DNA of 64,000 nucleotides from Octopus vulgaris (GCA_951406725.2 OX597840.1:33604001-33668000), one strand, 5' to 3'; positions 41,597 to 56,990 are shown, counted from the stretch's first letter. Notes: generated by a model from the sequence alone, not told the origin. Numbers and translations: made by a program.

Positions 41597-41842
41597 GCGA
41601 CGGACTTCTTTCAGTTTCCGTCTACCAAATCCACTCACAAGGCCCGAAGCTATAGTAGAAGACACTTGCCCAAGGTGCCACGCAGTGGGACTGAACCCGG
41701 AACCACACGGTTCGTAAGCAAGCTACTTACCACATAGCCACTCTTACGCCTATAGAAATCCTCCTTCTATCGAAGAAAATGTTTCCTCCTTTCTTAATTT
41801 CCTTTTTCTCTCTCTCTCTCTCTTTCTCTCTTTGAACATAAG

Positions 41843-42017
41843 CAACTGAAGAAACCGTTACAGGAAACGTAGAAGAACATATCGTCAACGGAATCGATGC
41901 GAAATACTGCGAATTTCCTCACGTGGTTTTCTTGAGAATTGCCGCCAAACCTAATGACTACTTCTGTGGTGCCACCCTCATCAGTGATAAATACTTACTG
42001 ACAGCTGCTCATTGTTT
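41843..42017 (+). CDS. S1A serine protease exon 2: propeptide, mature N-terminus IVNG and catalytic His (LTAAHC)
   Basis: Translates TEETVTGNVEEH|IVNGIDAKYCEFPHVVFLRIAAKPNDYFCGATLISDKYLLTAAHC; TT|gtaagt donor. Confidence 0.95.
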
Positions 42018-43030
42018 GTAAGTATTAGCTTATATATATATATATCCATATATATATATATATATATATATAGATAAATTTCCTCTATTTACATAATATA
42101 TAGATAAATTTCCTCTATTTACATAATATTGAGGTCTCTTTCTTTCTTTTGTTATCTTACCGTTTTATCAATATATATATATATATATATATATATATCA
42201 TATATATATATATATATATACACACACATACACACATATATATATACATACATACATATATACATACATAGATACATACATACATACCTACATACATACA
42301 TACATACATACATACATACATACATACATACATACATACATACATGCATACATGATGGCTGCCCCCTCGTTATCGAGTATGGCCATTGCACGAAGCTTAA
42401 CTGTTACTGGTGCTGTGATCGAATGTGACTGTTTAGCCCAGCTAAAGATCTACAATGTCTTGTACAGAATTGGCACCTAAAGCCTTTTACCGGTAATAGC
42501 CGGCTGTAGTTGTAATTGGGCTTCATGTACCTTTGCATGTCGTTTAAGTCCTTTACTCACACACACACACATACATACATACATACATACATACATACAT
42601 ACATACATACATACATACATACATACATACACACATACATACATACATACATACATACATACATACATACATACATAATACATACATACATACATACATA
42701 CATACATACATACATACATACATACAGTCATCCCTCGCCATATCGCGGTTCACCTATCGCGGTTTATTATTGAAGCTTACGTCGATTGCTCTGTGGTGTT
42801 GTTTTGCATTAATAGTAAAATAAGTAAATACAAAATATAAAAATAAATTTTAAAAATATACAGTATAGTACTGCTTCTACTGCGTGGATTTTCATCTATC
42901 GCGGGGGGTGGGGGATTCGGGACGTAATTGTAAATTGTATGTCATGTCGCCCGCTGACAGCGTTATTTTGGAGAGAAAAATACGAGTGATCACGGTGGTT
43001 TTATACATATGTATTTGATGATTATGGTGG

Positions 43031-43069
<39 letters not shown>

Positions 43070-43077
<8 letters not shown>

Positions 43078-43280
43078 AACTAAGGACTGAACACGAAAAG
43101 TGGACAGTCAACATGCTAGATATAGACGTCAAATCGTCATTCACCACAAAAGATTATGTTCTCAGATCAAACTTGAGTTTGATCTGAGAACATAATCTTT
43201 TGTGGTGAATGACGATTTGACGTCTATATCTAGCATGTTGACTGTCCACTTTTCGTGTTCAGTCCTTAGTTGGTATATAT
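43070..43280. repeat. perfect palindrome, arms of about 104 bp with a 2-nt loop, in (AT)n
   Basis: ACCAACTAAGG...GATCAAACT tg AGTTTGATC...CCTTAGTTGGT. Confidence 0.9.
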
Positions 43281-43528
43281 AAATATTTTAATCTTCGGAT
43301 TCTTTTTTAATATGCTAGACCACTGGTCTTAATTGATAAATATCAATTTCTACCCTTAATTAATTTTTATATATATATATATATATGGAAAAAAAGTCAA
43401 GGTAGAAAATGCTAAAATAATTTTGTAAAAAACATTTCAGCACCGGTTTCAGTCATTGAGACTTTTTCAACTGTAAGTATGGAAAACAATCAAATTTTGG
43501 AAAAATTATATATGTGTATATATATATA

Positions 43529-43675
<147 letters not shown>

Positions 43676-44059
43676 CCTTAAATCCTTAAAAATGTTTCAG
43701 CTCGAAAGCTGCGGCCATGCTGGGGCACCACCGTTGACTGAGCTACACTAGTATGTGAAACCCCCTCTGATACGTGTCACTTGGTCAACAAGGGAATTCG
43801 ACGCCGCATCTGTGTTTCCTGCCGATCGGTAGGTTCATCTGGAACCCCTGACAAGAAGAGATCCAGTTTAGTTTTAAAGAAACCCACATCCACACCATGC
43901 AGGTCTCTCAGGCATTTGGAAAGGATATTGAAGAGCTGTGGTCCCCTGAAACCCTAGCTGTTGCAGTATCTGGTCCTGTATTTTGATGGTGATGTTGGGA
44001 TCTTTGGCACCATGCAGTGGCGCCCCGTTCTGCTGTTGGTGTAACTTTCAATGCCAAAA

Positions 44060-44209
<150 letters not shown>

Positions 44210-44428
44210 TGTGGAGGCGCAATGGCCGAGTGGTTAGGGCAGCGGACTTGCGGTCGGAGGATCGCGGTTTCGATTCCCAGACCGGGCGTTGTGTGTGTTT
44301 ATTGAGCGAAAACACCTAAAAGCTCCACGAGGCTCCGGCAGGGGATGGTGGTGATCCCTGCTGTACTCTTTCACCACTCTAAAGGCGGTGCTCCAGCATG
44401 GCCGCAGTCAAATGACTGAAACAAGTAC

Positions 44429-44459
<31 letters not shown>

Positions 44460-44795
44460 TATATGGAAAAAAAATATATATATATATACATATATATATA
44501 TGGATAAAAAAATTCAAGGTAGAAAATGCTAAAATAATTTTATGAAAAACATTTCAGTACCGGTTTCAGTCATTGAGACTTTTTCAACTGTAAGTTTGGA
44601 AAACAATCAAATTTTGGAAAAATTAAATGAAAAGTTTTTTAATAGAACATTTGCAAAGTATTCAAATACATTTTTCTTGTGTCTGCCTGTCTCTGTCTCT
44701 CTTGTTTACTCACACAGACATGTATATATTCATGTCCATACACACACAAGCATATATGTACATTTATGTACTCACACACATATCCACACACACGC

Positions 44796-44827
<32 letters not shown>

Positions 44828-44921
44828 GTACTCTGTAGACGTTATGAACGCAGGAGGTTTCTGTGTATTGTGAGAATATTTACCTAATATCGAGGTCTCA
44901 TTCTTTTGTTGCCAGTTTATA

Positions 44922-44994
<73 letters not shown>

Positions 44995-44999
44995 CATCA

Positions 45000-45037
<38 letters not shown>

Positions 45038-45040
45038 GTT

Positions 45041-45104
<64 letters not shown>

Positions 45105-45443
45105 GTTGTATGTATGTATATGTATGTATGTAAATACGTTCATATATATATTCATACAGATATACAAATATACATATATATTTACAGAGAGGGCGAGTGA
45201 GAGAGATACTCACACACACACACATACACACACACGCACGCATGCACACACACAACAGCCCACCAATCATTTACGCTCTATCTAGTGACAAGACATTAGT
45301 CGGTGTGCTGTCTATAACAGACGGCACTTACCCGAGGTACGTTTCCGCGTTGTCGTACTAAATGCGGAACCATGAGACAACGAATTAAACTTCTTAACCG
45401 TACAGTCATACATGTTCTTGTAATACGTATCTACTCGTTTCAG

Positions 45444-45565
45444 GGAAAGGCAAATTTCTTCTATCGAAGCTCATTTTGGTTCCACCAATAAAATGAATGC
45501 CACTGTCATCGTCGGGGTCAAGAGTTGGCTTATTCACCCCCAGTACACGAAATCCCCAGGACTCC
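45444..45565 (+). CDS. S1A serine protease exon 3: ERQISSIEAHFGSTNK...WLIHPQYTKSPGL
   Basis: tttcag| acceptor and C|gtaagt donor; phase 2-1; IHPQY motif. Confidence 0.92.
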
Positions 45566-45972
45566 GTAAGTATTTTTATCTTTTACTTGTTTCAGTCATT
45601 AGACTACGGCCATGCTGGAGCACCGCTTTGCTGAAGCCTTGGCCGAATGCATCGATCCCAGTACCTTTTTTTTCTTCAAAGCCTGGTACTTATTCTATCG
45701 ATATTTTTTGCCGAACCGCTAGATTACCGGAGCATTAACTCATCAACACCGGTTGTCAAACGGTAGTGGTGGGGGGCAAAACACAGACAGAAACACACAC
45801 GTAACCGCACGTGGATCGTTGGCGATTTTTCCTTACTTTTCCTTCTTTCTCATTGGAGTTTTCACTTTCCGACGAAGAGCTATGCTTGAAACGTTAACAA
45901 CTCACTCCTTTCAGCGTCACATTCATTTCTTTCTTTTTTTCTTTGTTTATTAATTGCTTGTTCTTCGAATTG

Positions 45973-46092
<120 letters not shown>

Positions 46093-46339
46093 CAATTCTG
46101 GTAGTTCTTACAAAAATCGCATGCTGCCAAAATTTTCTTTTATCAATGATTAAGTTCATCAAACTATTTTGTTTTTGTGTATTTCATCACACATGTATAC
46201 ATATTCATATGCACGTACATACTTATATAAATATACACGTTCGTATTCGTATTGTTCTCGTTGTAGGCTATTGTTTCCTTTTTTTCTAATTGTTACTTCA
46301 ACTGAATCTTAAATGTTCAAATGCCCTTCTCTTCATCAG

Positions 46340-46471
46340 GTAACGACATTGCCATAATGACTCTGGAGAAACCGGTGCCAAAAGGGAAATGTGTTCAGCC
46401 CATAGAAATTGCAAAGAAAGACGATCAATTCTTCAGCCGTTGTATCGCTGTCGGATGGGGAAAGACAGGAG
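46340..46471 (+). CDS. S1A serine protease exon 4: catalytic Asp (NDIAIM) through CIAVGWG
   Basis: cttcatcag| acceptor and G|gtaata donor; NDIA and GWG motifs. Confidence 0.95.
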
Positions 46472-47074
46472 GTAATATGTGGAACGATGGATATAAGCGC
46501 ATGTGTGTGTATATGTGATAGAGAGAGAGAGAGAGAGAGAGTGTGTGTGTGTGTGTGTGTGCGAGAGGGAGAGAGAGATATGTGTGTGAGAGAGGGAATG
46601 AGGGACAGCGTGTGTGTGTGTGCGTGAGGGCGTGTATGTATATTTTTATTTTTCTATTCTTTTGCTTGTTTCAGTCATTTGACTTTGGTCATGCTGGAGC
46701 ACCGCTTTGAAGAGATTTTAGTCGAACAAATCGACCCTAGGACTTATTTTTTAAGCCTAGTGCTTATTCTATCGGCCTCTTTTGCTGAGCCGCTAAGTTA
46801 CTGAAACCAGCACCGGTTGCCAAGTGATGATGAGAGGACAAACACAGCACAGACACTAAGACACACACAAATATATATATATTTGTTTTGTGGCTGCTAT
46901 TTCTAAACTTCGGTATGTGGTAAAGCAAATCTTTGCTGAAGCCTAATTATTAAGTATTACTTAAGTTTACCAAGAAATGGTCCTTTTTTCATACCGAATT
47001 CTACTTGGTGAAATTATTGATTATATATATATATATATATATACATACATTTTGGCGCCTCCAGACACACACAC

Positions 47075-47155
<81 letters not shown>

Positions 47156-47361
47156 GGTGTGTGCGTGTATGTTATACAAGTGTGCCTATATATATATGCA
47201 AGTGTGTTTTCGTATATGCGTGTGTGTATACGGAGAAGGATATATGGATGTACGTATATATGTATGTGTGTGTGTGTAATAATAATTACATTCTCTATAT
47301 TGCAATCACCTCCTTTAATTAATTAATTCATTCATTCATGGATTCTTTCTTGAATATGTAG

Positions 47362-47504
47362 AAAATGGTCATTATCCAACACAGCTGCAGAAAGCCAGCA
47401 TGTATAGAATGGTCCATGGTCAATGTAAAAAATTCTCACGTGCTCTACCCGACATGCATTTGTGCATGGGTGATCTTCAGCCCCATGGAGAGAACATCTG
47501 CAAC
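47362..47504 (+). CDS. S1A serine protease exon 5: NGHYPTQLQKAS...CKK...LCMGDLQPHGENICN
   Basis: tgtag| acceptor and AAC|gtaagt donor; LQKA motif and the C168/C182/C191 equivalents. Confidence 0.93.
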
Positions 47505-47559
47505 GTAAGTACATATTTTTTTTTGCTATTGACTTCAAACAATTTCGCAGTAAAGTCCT

Positions 47560-48190
47560 CATGTAGAGTGTAGAGTGTTTCACATGTAGAAATTGCACAT
47601 GCTGAGCGCCAACATGTATAGTGCAGTTGGTAGAAAGGGCACATATCGAACGATTTTCATGTAGAAATTTCACATGTAGAGTGTCGACATGTATACCACA
47701 GTTGGTAGAAAGGGCACATATCGAACGATTTTCATGTAGAAATTTCACATGTAGAGTGTCGACATGTATACCGCAGTTGGTAGAAAGGGCACATATCGAA
47801 CGATTTTCATGTAGAAAATATACATGTAGAGTGTCGACATGTACACATGAGACAATGAACTAAGTGAATGTAGAGGGTTTAACATGTGGTAATCACATGT
47901 GTTGAATCTCTACATGTGTACTGCAGATAGTAGACAGAGCACATGTAGTGTTTTACATGTGGAAGTTGTATGTCTACATGTGTACTACAGCTAATTGGCT
48001 AGGCACATGTAGCGTTTCACGTGCAGAAAATGTACATGTTGGACGACTACATGTATACTGCAGACAGTAAACAAGGCACATGTAATGTGACGAATGAAGA
48101 ATGTGTACAAACAATGATTGGGCATTTAAAATAAGGTCCATGTAGCGTCTACATGCAAAGAACACATGTTAGATTGGCTACATGTAGTGT
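47560..48190 (+). repeat. 75-bp minisatellite rich in ACATGT, with degenerate flanking units
   Basis: GTTGGTAGAAAGGGCACAT... recurs at 47626, 47701 and 47776. Confidence 0.85.
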
Positions 48191-48494
48191 AGACTGTGAG
48201 ATGTCTTTTATCTGTCACGTGTTTCAGCCATTCTGTAGGAAGGATTATTGTGCAGAATGGTAAGCATGCTGGGTAAAATGCTTAGCGGCATCTCGTCCGT
48301 CTTAACGTTCTGAGTTCGAATTCCGGCGAGGTCGACTTTGCCTTTCATCCTTTCGGGGTCGATAAATTAAGTACCAGCGTAACACTGGGGTCGATGTAAT
48401 CGACTAGTCCCCTCCTCCAAAATTTCAGGCCTTGTGCTTTTAGTAGAAAGGATTATTATTATTATTATTATTTTTAATTTATTATTATTATTAA

Positions 48495-48561
<67 letters not shown>

Positions 48562-48583
48562 TTTAATTTATTATTATTATTAA

Positions 48584-48644
<61 letters not shown>

Positions 48645-48683
48645 TTATTATTATTATTATTAATTTATTATTATTATTATTAA

Positions 48684-48732
<49 letters not shown>

Positions 48733-48839
48733 TTATTATTATTATTAATATTATTATTATTATTATTATCATTATTATTATTATTATTATTATTATTAAT
48801 TTATTATTATTATTATTAATTTATTATTATTATTATTAA

Positions 48840-48873
<34 letters not shown>

Positions 48874-48889
48874 TTATTATTATTATTAA

Positions 48890-49035
<146 letters not shown>

Positions 49036-49066
49036 TATTATTATCATCATTATTATTATTATTATT

Positions 49067-49097
<31 letters not shown>

Positions 49098-49294
49098 CTG
49101 CTGCTATTACTAAGGTGGTGAGCTGGCAGAACCGTTAGCACGCCGAACAAAATGCTGAGCGGCATTTCGCGTCGCCTGCACGTTCTGAGTTCAAATTTCG
49201 CCGAGGTCGACTTTGCCTTTCATCTTTTCGAAGTCGATAAATTGAGTACCTGTGGAATACTGGGGTCGATGTAATCGACTTAATCGGCCCCCCA

Positions 49295-49331
<37 letters not shown>

Positions 49332-49439
49332 GGCCTTGTGCTTACAGTAGAAAGATTATTATTATTATTGTTGTTGTTGTTGTTGTTATCGTTTTTGTTG
49401 TTGTTGTTATTCTGAAAGACTCTCAGATAATTCTTAATT

Positions 49440-49720
49440 ACCGGTTATTCTTTACTTGAAAAGCAGGCAATAACAAATCACCAAAGGTTCCAAGTAGTGC
49501 CTTCCCCTGTGACTCAAAGAGACAATACTCTCCTTAGAATGCAAGCTGTACTCAACAAATACCCTTTTCTGGATCACTTCGAGCCCGACAGCAGCTCCAA
49601 TATTCTTAATATGTTTTGCAAAGCCCTTGGAAACTGCTCTTAATGCTCCAATTACCACTGGTATCACCATTACTTTCCTCATGTCCCATGACTTTCCTAT
49701 CTCGACCTGCAGCAGCTGGT
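49440..49720 (-). mobile_element. R4/Dong-like RLE LINE 3' fragment; others at 5255-5400(+) and about 19130-19290(+)
   Basis: VIPVVIGAL...LEVIQK here, and LQEVQKIVLTGTSHVLRRAL at 5.3 kb, match the R4/Dong C-terminal motif; the fragments are associated with (AAT)n. Confidence 0.6.
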
Positions 49721-50067
49721 ATTTCTTATTAAGGCCACGACGGACTAGATGCTTAGTGGCACTTTTTCCGTCTTTATGGCTCCAGCATGGTCACAGTCAC
49801 AAGACTGGAACAAGTAAAAGAGTAAAGAGTATAACAAAAAGAATTATTATACTTTGTTATAAATATAATCCTTTACTTGTTTTAGTCATTTGACTGTGGC
49901 CATGCTGGAGCACCGCCTTTAGTCGAGCAAATCAACCCCGGGACTTATTCTTTTGTAAGCCCAGTACTTATTCTATCGGTTCTCTTTTGCCGAACCGCTA
50001 AGTGACGGGGACGTAAACACACCAGCATCGGTTGTCAAGCAATGCTAGGGGGACAAACACAGACACA

Positions 50068-50108
<41 letters not shown>

Positions 50109-50355
50109 ACATATATATATATATATATACATATATACGACAGGCTTCTTTCAGTTTCCATCCACCAAATCCACTCACAAGGCATTGGTCGGCCCGGGGC
50201 TATAGAAGAAGACACTTGCCCAAGATGCCACGCAGTGGGACTGAACCCGGAACCATGTGGCTGATTAGCAAGCTACTTACCACACAGCCACTCCTGCGCC
50301 TTAATAAGTGGAGTATTTTTTAATTTTCTTTCTTTATTTTTCGTTTCTCTTCCAG

Positions 50356-50514
50356 GGTGATTCAGGAACCGGTCTGATGTGTAAACGGAAGACGGACTCG
50401 AAATATATCTTGGCTGGAATCGCTTCCTTTGGCTACAATTGCGATCAAGGATTTGGCGTATTCGTTCGAGTGAAACACTTTGCAGATTTCATCAAAAAAC
50501 ATACAAATGTCTAA
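50356..50514 (+). CDS. S1A serine protease exon 6: catalytic Ser (GDSGTG) to stop; complete protein 264 aa
   Basis: ttccag| acceptor; GDSGTGLMC...GIASFGYNC...GVFVRV; TAA ends at 50514; AATAAA at about 50614, 50664 and 50705. The six exons total 795 nt. Confidence 0.95.
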   Translation, partial: GDSGTGLMCKRKTDSKYILAGIASFGYNCDQGFGVFVRVKHFADFIKKHTNV

Positions 50515-50772
50515 AACTGATGCCGCGCATGCTCCCTTTCTCTTCTTTCTCACACATTGCCTACTCTTTCTGATTTTCGTTCTCCCCACTTCCTTTTCTT
50601 TCTTTCCTATTCCAATAAACCTTGAGAGGAGGAATTAAAAAGTAACACTCAACATTTATATAGAATAAATTTGATATTGTCGATTTGTATTGAGTTTGTT
50701 TATCAATAAACGTTTGTATTCAATTTATCACCTAACTGTAGTATGTGCATCTGCGTGTGTGTCTGTGGATAC

Positions 50773-50830
<58 letters not shown>

Positions 50831-51216
50831 TTTGATACTTTGATAGGTTTCGGCCATTATTGGCCCAGGCCATGTCTAACTTAATAGCACCACCTGGTAT
50901 GTATATGTAAAAAAAATACGAACTGGGACAAGAACGCAAAACATTTAGAAGACGATACAAAAAACACGGACGGGACATTCGAAGCCTTCAATTTTCAGTC
51001 AAGAACCGGATCATCCTCGCAATTTCGGCTGATTAATCTTGAGATTGCTCCGACCTGGCCAGCCCCAAAGAAAAATCTAAGCCAAGCGCATTAGATTCCT
51101 TGGAAGAAAGCCTCGAATGTACACAAAACAAGGACGGGAAAACGGACGATGTTACACGAATAAGAATACAAAAATACGTAAAAACAATAATGATAATAAT
51201 AACAAGAACAGGACGT

Positions 51217-51299
<83 letters not shown>

Positions 51300-51302
51300 G
51301 TA

Positions 51303-51393
<91 letters not shown>

Positions 51394-52163
51394 AATTAAT
51401 AAATAAAATAAAACATATGCATATATGCATATATATATATATATGTACGTATGGGCACAGGACACCAAAAAAACGTCGAACACAATGAGAAACGAAAACA
51501 TAAACACAAAACCAAGGAAATGGACATTTTTCTTAAACAACGAAAACATAGAGTACAGGACATACAACACAAGGAAATTTCCCCTTCTTCAGTCGCCTCT
51601 GTTTCATCTACTCCGCGTTTCGAAAGTCAAGGCGAGACACGACTTTTATGAAACATTCCTTCCCGCGAAAAGCAAATTAAATAAAATTTGAGATTTTTTT
51701 GCGGAGGGGTAAAAATGGTAACAGAAACAGGACAGTAAAGACAGTACAAAATATAAACAGTAAAAGACAGGACAAGGAGAATAACAGTAACACAGACAAG
51801 AAGGGCTGTTAAGCCGAACGTGATAAAATATTACGAATATATATATATATAAATAACAATAGGGTAATATGAAATTATTATTACCAGTGGCCTAGCACAA
51901 AAACGAATTAGTCATTAGACTATATATTATTCACATAGAAATACAATAAGAGACTTCCAAATAGGAAAGCCTTGAGTTAGAAAGAGCAGTAGAAAACTGA
52001 AAACCACCAAATAAGGATAAATTTTCGAAAGGAATGAAAATTAAAAACGTTTACCATCTCAATTATGTTTTTGCTGGAAATAGTTAGAAACCATGGTCTG
52101 GGAAATAACTGAGAAGGTAAACTGCTCTTTCTAGCACAAGGCTTTCCTATTTGGAAGCCTCTT

Positions 52164-52223
<60 letters not shown>

Positions 52224-52493
52224 ACAAGGATATCCAGAGGTAATGCAGTACGATCGTTTCATGCGACTCCATTTAATTGAACAATGCAAATATTACATCA
52301 AAATTGATGTAAGATTTGCATTGTTCAATTAAATGGAGTCGCATGAAACGATCGTACAGCATTACCTCTGGATATCCTTGTTGCTTATTTTGATTATAAT
52401 CACTCCATTTTGAATTATATGGATAATAATATACTAAATTCTGGTGCCTTTAACTTTAGTACCATATTCAACTGAATCTAAATTTTACTGAAC

Positions 52494-52540
<47 letters not shown>

Positions 52541-52811
52541 AAGCAAACTTCGTTTGTTTGTTCACGTTCATCGTAATTTGAATTTATATACATGTATTTA
52601 TATATATGTGTATATATATGTATGTGTGTATGTGTGTATATATATATATATAATATGTATGTATGTATCAGTGCGTGTATATGTGTGTGCATGTATGCAT
52701 GCATGTATGTATTATCTATGTGTGCATGTATGTATGCATGTATGTTTGTATATGCGTGTGTGTGTATACATGAATGTACATATACCTATATCTATTTCTC
52801 TCTCTTTCTTT

Positions 52812-52845
<34 letters not shown>

Positions 52846-53603
52846 TATTAGGGAGCAAATCCAAACTTACAAGGTAAAATTAGATTTAGGATTAAATCAA
52901 ATTTCACAGTAAATAATTTAATTTAAAATTTTATATTTTATATATTTTGTATATTATATTAATTATTTTTATTTCTATGTTTTGGTTTATGTTTTTCACT
53001 GTTTGATTTGCCTAATAGTGGTTTTATCTCTAATTTAATTTATATACATATATATATATATATATATATACATATATATATTTTACCCGTCGTAGTAATG
53101 ATTATGCCAGTTTGCCGCTGCCGACACTGGATAATAATGGTTTATCTAATTGGTTACTATTCCATTGACATATGTACCCTTAATCGAATTCTCGGGTAGA
53201 ATCAGACACAGTGTGCGAAAAGGTTGTCCCTTTTGGCTTACGGGTACAATCCACGGTGAGAGCTTCCGTATGGTTTTCCCCCTCAATCCATTTCTAATCG
53301 CAAGGTGTGAAGCGATCCGAGGTCACAGAAACATGACAGGATGCCAGCCAGGGAAACGAACTCCCAAACCCTTCAATTTAGATCAACTTTGTCATCAAAG
53401 ACTCTGAAAGAATGCAATAACAAGAATTAGACTCAATGTTAGAAACGAAGTAATTTTTTATTTTAACAAATCTTTCCTTACAAACGGGGATTAGGATTTC
53501 AATGGCCGTCGGAGTAACTCATGGGTGTGTGTGTGTGTGTGTGTGTGTGAAGCAGCAGCAGCAGAGCAACAGCAACAACAGCAGCAGCAGCAGCAGCAGT
53601 AGC

Positions 53604-53640
<37 letters not shown>

Positions 53641-54087
53641 ATGGTGATGGTGATGGTGGTGGTGGTGGTGGTGGCAGCTGAAGCAGCGGCAGCGACGACA
53701 GCGGAGTCGGTGGGGGTGACGAAGACGGCAATGGTGGTGGTGGTGGTGGTGTTGGTAGTAGTAGCAGCGGCGGCCATGACGGTGGTGGTGGCGGGCGATG
53801 GTGGTGGTGGCGGGCGATGGTGGTGGTGGCGGGCGATGGTGGTGGTGGTGGTGACGAAGATGGCGGCGGTGGAGGTGGTGGTAGTAGAGATAGTGGCGGC
53901 AGCGGTGGCAGAGGTGGTGATGGTGGTGACGGTAGTGGTAGTGGTGGTGGTGGTGGTGGCGGTAGTTGTAGTGGTATTGATGTTGTTATTGGTGCTGTTG
54001 TCGTTGCTGTTGCTGCTGTTGTATTCCGACCGCTTAGAAGACAGAATTCAAGGATAAATTTGAGAGATGAACGAAATGTATGTATGA

Positions 54088-54119
<32 letters not shown>

Positions 54120-54909
54120 ATGTGTGTATGTATCTATGTATCTATGTATGTGTGTGTGTATGTATGTATGTATGTATGTATGTACGTATGTATGTATGTA
54201 TGTATGCATGCATGCATGTATATATGCATGTATGTATGTATGTATGTATGTATGTATGTATGTATGTGTATATTTATCTATGTATTTATGTATGTATGTA
54301 TTTATGTATGTATGTATGTATGTATGTATGTATGTATTATGAATGTTTGTTTGTAAGCAGTAGGTAGGTAAGTAGGTAAGTAGGTAGGTAGGTAGGTAGG
54401 TAGGTAGGTATGTAGGTAGGTATGTAGGTAGGTAGGTAGGTAGGTAGGTAGGTAGGTAGGTAGGTAGGTAGGTAGGTAGGTAGGTATATAAGTAGGTTGG
54501 TATGTAGGTAGGTATAGCCATTTATGTGATGTAGATATATTGTGATAAGCAAAATGAACTGTGGTATTCGTCCGAAAACAGTATCTCCTATTGATGCGCC
54601 GTGTTTCAAACGTACATAAAACAGAGAGAGAAGCGAAACTCGTCTGAGCAGCGGTGAATGAAAACGCTGAATGCAATTCTGCGTCATTAGGCATTATCAA
54701 TAACCCATCATTACGTATCTGCATTAAATGTTATACATGAATGGCTGTTTTAACCTAATTTAATCTGTAATTAGATAGAGATGTTGTATAAAAACCTTTG
54801 ACACTTAATAGTAGACAATATCTTTTTAAAGAATAAGACAAAATTCAATGAAATAATGTACGATGTTTTAGATGATAATATCGCTCTCTTCTTCGCCGTG
54901 AATTCTTTT

Positions 54910-55183
54910 CTATGAAGCGTCATCTAAATGAACAACCATTGTTTTCATTAAAATAGAATGACTCTTGGGAGAAACGGTCGTTACGCCCTTGGAATTGGTT
55001 GAATTGTATAAAATCTGTGCCGGCTGTTTAGCATTTAAACGAGAACAGGCTGAATATTGAGGGCGTGACTGTGATGGTTGTATTTGTAGCGGAACAGCTG
55101 TCGAATTCCCGGTGCTTGTGACTCCGTAGCGTGTGTGGCGCGAGTCCCTCTCGCCGAAGTGTTTGCTGAGGCACGGGATGTTT
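54910..55183 (-). CDS. CCAP-R: CCAP receptor-like GPCR terminal exon (cytoplasmic tail NIPCLSKHF...VVHLDDAS*)
   Basis: cttcctacag| acceptor in phase 2, 90 open codons, then TAG at 54912-54910. Confidence 0.75.
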
Positions 55184-55850
55184 CTGTAGGAAGTAGAAAT
55201 AGAGAAGTTATTACAGAAAAGGCAGAAATGTTGGGTGGGGGGCTAAAAGGGAAAGAGTGAGGGAGAGAGGAGGAGGAGGATCAGCAATGCGAGGAGGAGG
55301 TCGAGTGTGAGAAGGAGGAGCAGTATGAGAAGGAGGAGGAGTGCGAGAAGGAGAAGGGGTGCGAAAAGAATAGGAGGGCGAGGCGGATCAGTGCGAGAAG
55401 GAGGAGAGGTGCGAGAAGGAGGAGGTGAGTGGAAGAAGGAGGACAGAAAAGGAGGGGAGAAAAGGAAAATATAGAGAATTTTTGAAGAAAACGGAGTGTG
55501 GAATCGTAGAAATTATATATGTATGCATGTATGTATGTATATATGTATGTGTATATATGTGGTTAGGGTGTCAGCACCATGGTCGTAAGATTGTGGTTTC
55601 GATTCCTGGCCCAGGCGACACGTTGTGTTCTTGAGCAAAACACTTCATTTCACATTGCTCCAGTTCACTCAGCTGGCAAAATTGAGTAACGCTGCGATGG
55701 ACTGGCGTCCCGTCCAGCTGGGGAACACATACGCCACAGAAACCGGGAAACAGGGCCCATGAGCCTGGCTAGGCTTTAAAAGGGCGCATTTATTATTTAT
55801 TTTATGTGTATATATATATGTATGCATATTTGTATGTATTCATGTGTAAC

Positions 55851-55882
<32 letters not shown>

Positions 55883-56011
55883 TCCATGTTTCCATGTATG
55901 TTTGCATGCATGTATGTACTGTAAACAAAAAAATTCATTTAGGCGGCGCCACACGATAGCAGCAGTCCAATGGCTGAAACCAGCAAAATATTACGAGTTT
56001 GACAGGCGTAC

Positions 56012-56192
56012 CTGAGATTCTGGCAGATTCGTGTACTAAATATACCATAAATGATCGGATTGGCAGCACTATTTAAAGGTGCTAGGCTGTTGAAGAATGT
56101 TGAAATGGCGATAGTTCGTTGAGTGGGCTGAAAATATCCGTAAACTTGAAGGAGATCGAATATCATGTAGGGACTCCAGCAGACGATAAAAA
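56012..56192 (-). CDS. CCAP-R: CCAP/neuropeptide S receptor-like class A GPCR, TM6-TM7 exon
   Basis: [18 protein letters not shown]...[31 protein letters not shown] contains CWxP and NPxxY plus the FDLLQVYG and [11 protein letters not shown] signature of CCAP receptors; ctgcag| acceptor and AG|gtacgc donor. Confidence 0.9.
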
Positions 56193-56823
56193 CTGCAGAT
56201 AGAAATTTTTACAATATAATGGAAGAGAGATGATGAATAAAAGACAAGAGAAATACGGAGAAACAAATAAAGAAGCGACCGAGAATATAATGCGGCGTGG
56301 AGTTTAATTAGAAACAAATGAAAAATGGAGGAAAAATTGAAATAAACAAAATGGATGGTTAAATATCGCATAAAAATTTGAGCAGACGTTAAATATTGCA
56401 AATGGCGGAATAAATCGCGACCGAAAAGTACAAAAGTAGAAAAATTTGAACAAAAACAATTTGAACAGAAACAAAGCAGAAAAAAATTGAACAAAAACGA
56501 AGCAGATAAAATAAAATAATGATTTAATGTCATCTAAGAACTTAAACAGACTTTAAGAGATAAAATTATAAATAAATGATGCAGATGTCGACTAAAAAAA
56601 AACCCCCCAAAACAACAAGAAACAAAATGAAAATGTGTAAACAAATAAACAATGATATCTGGCAGCTGAAGGGAATACAGTAAATATGTTTTTTGTTTTA
56701 TGTACTTTAGTGTAAAAAGGACAAAATCAAAAAATGGAAGAGATAGACAAGATAAATGGTAAAGTAACGTGTAAAGACTTTGAAAGACGATACATAACTG
56801 CTAGTGCAATAATATATATAGAC

Positions 56824-56913
<90 letters not shown>

Positions 56914-56922
56914 GTAGGTAGG

Positions 56923-56981
<59 letters not shown>

Positions 56982-56990
56982 GTAGGTAGG

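Noticed and set aside
44211-44290. tRNA-like sequences at SINE heads
   Set aside because: A and B boxes run on into SINE bodies, with no complete acceptor stem or terminator, so these are not tRNA genes.
47626-47850. Regular repeats as a CRISPR-like array
   Set aside because: Contiguous tandem units without unique spacers, in a eukaryotic intron.
51570-51660. Minus-strand GAAACGCG and CTGAAGA boxes in an (AT)n-flanked element
   Set aside because: I could not assemble three consistent helices in any hammerhead topology.
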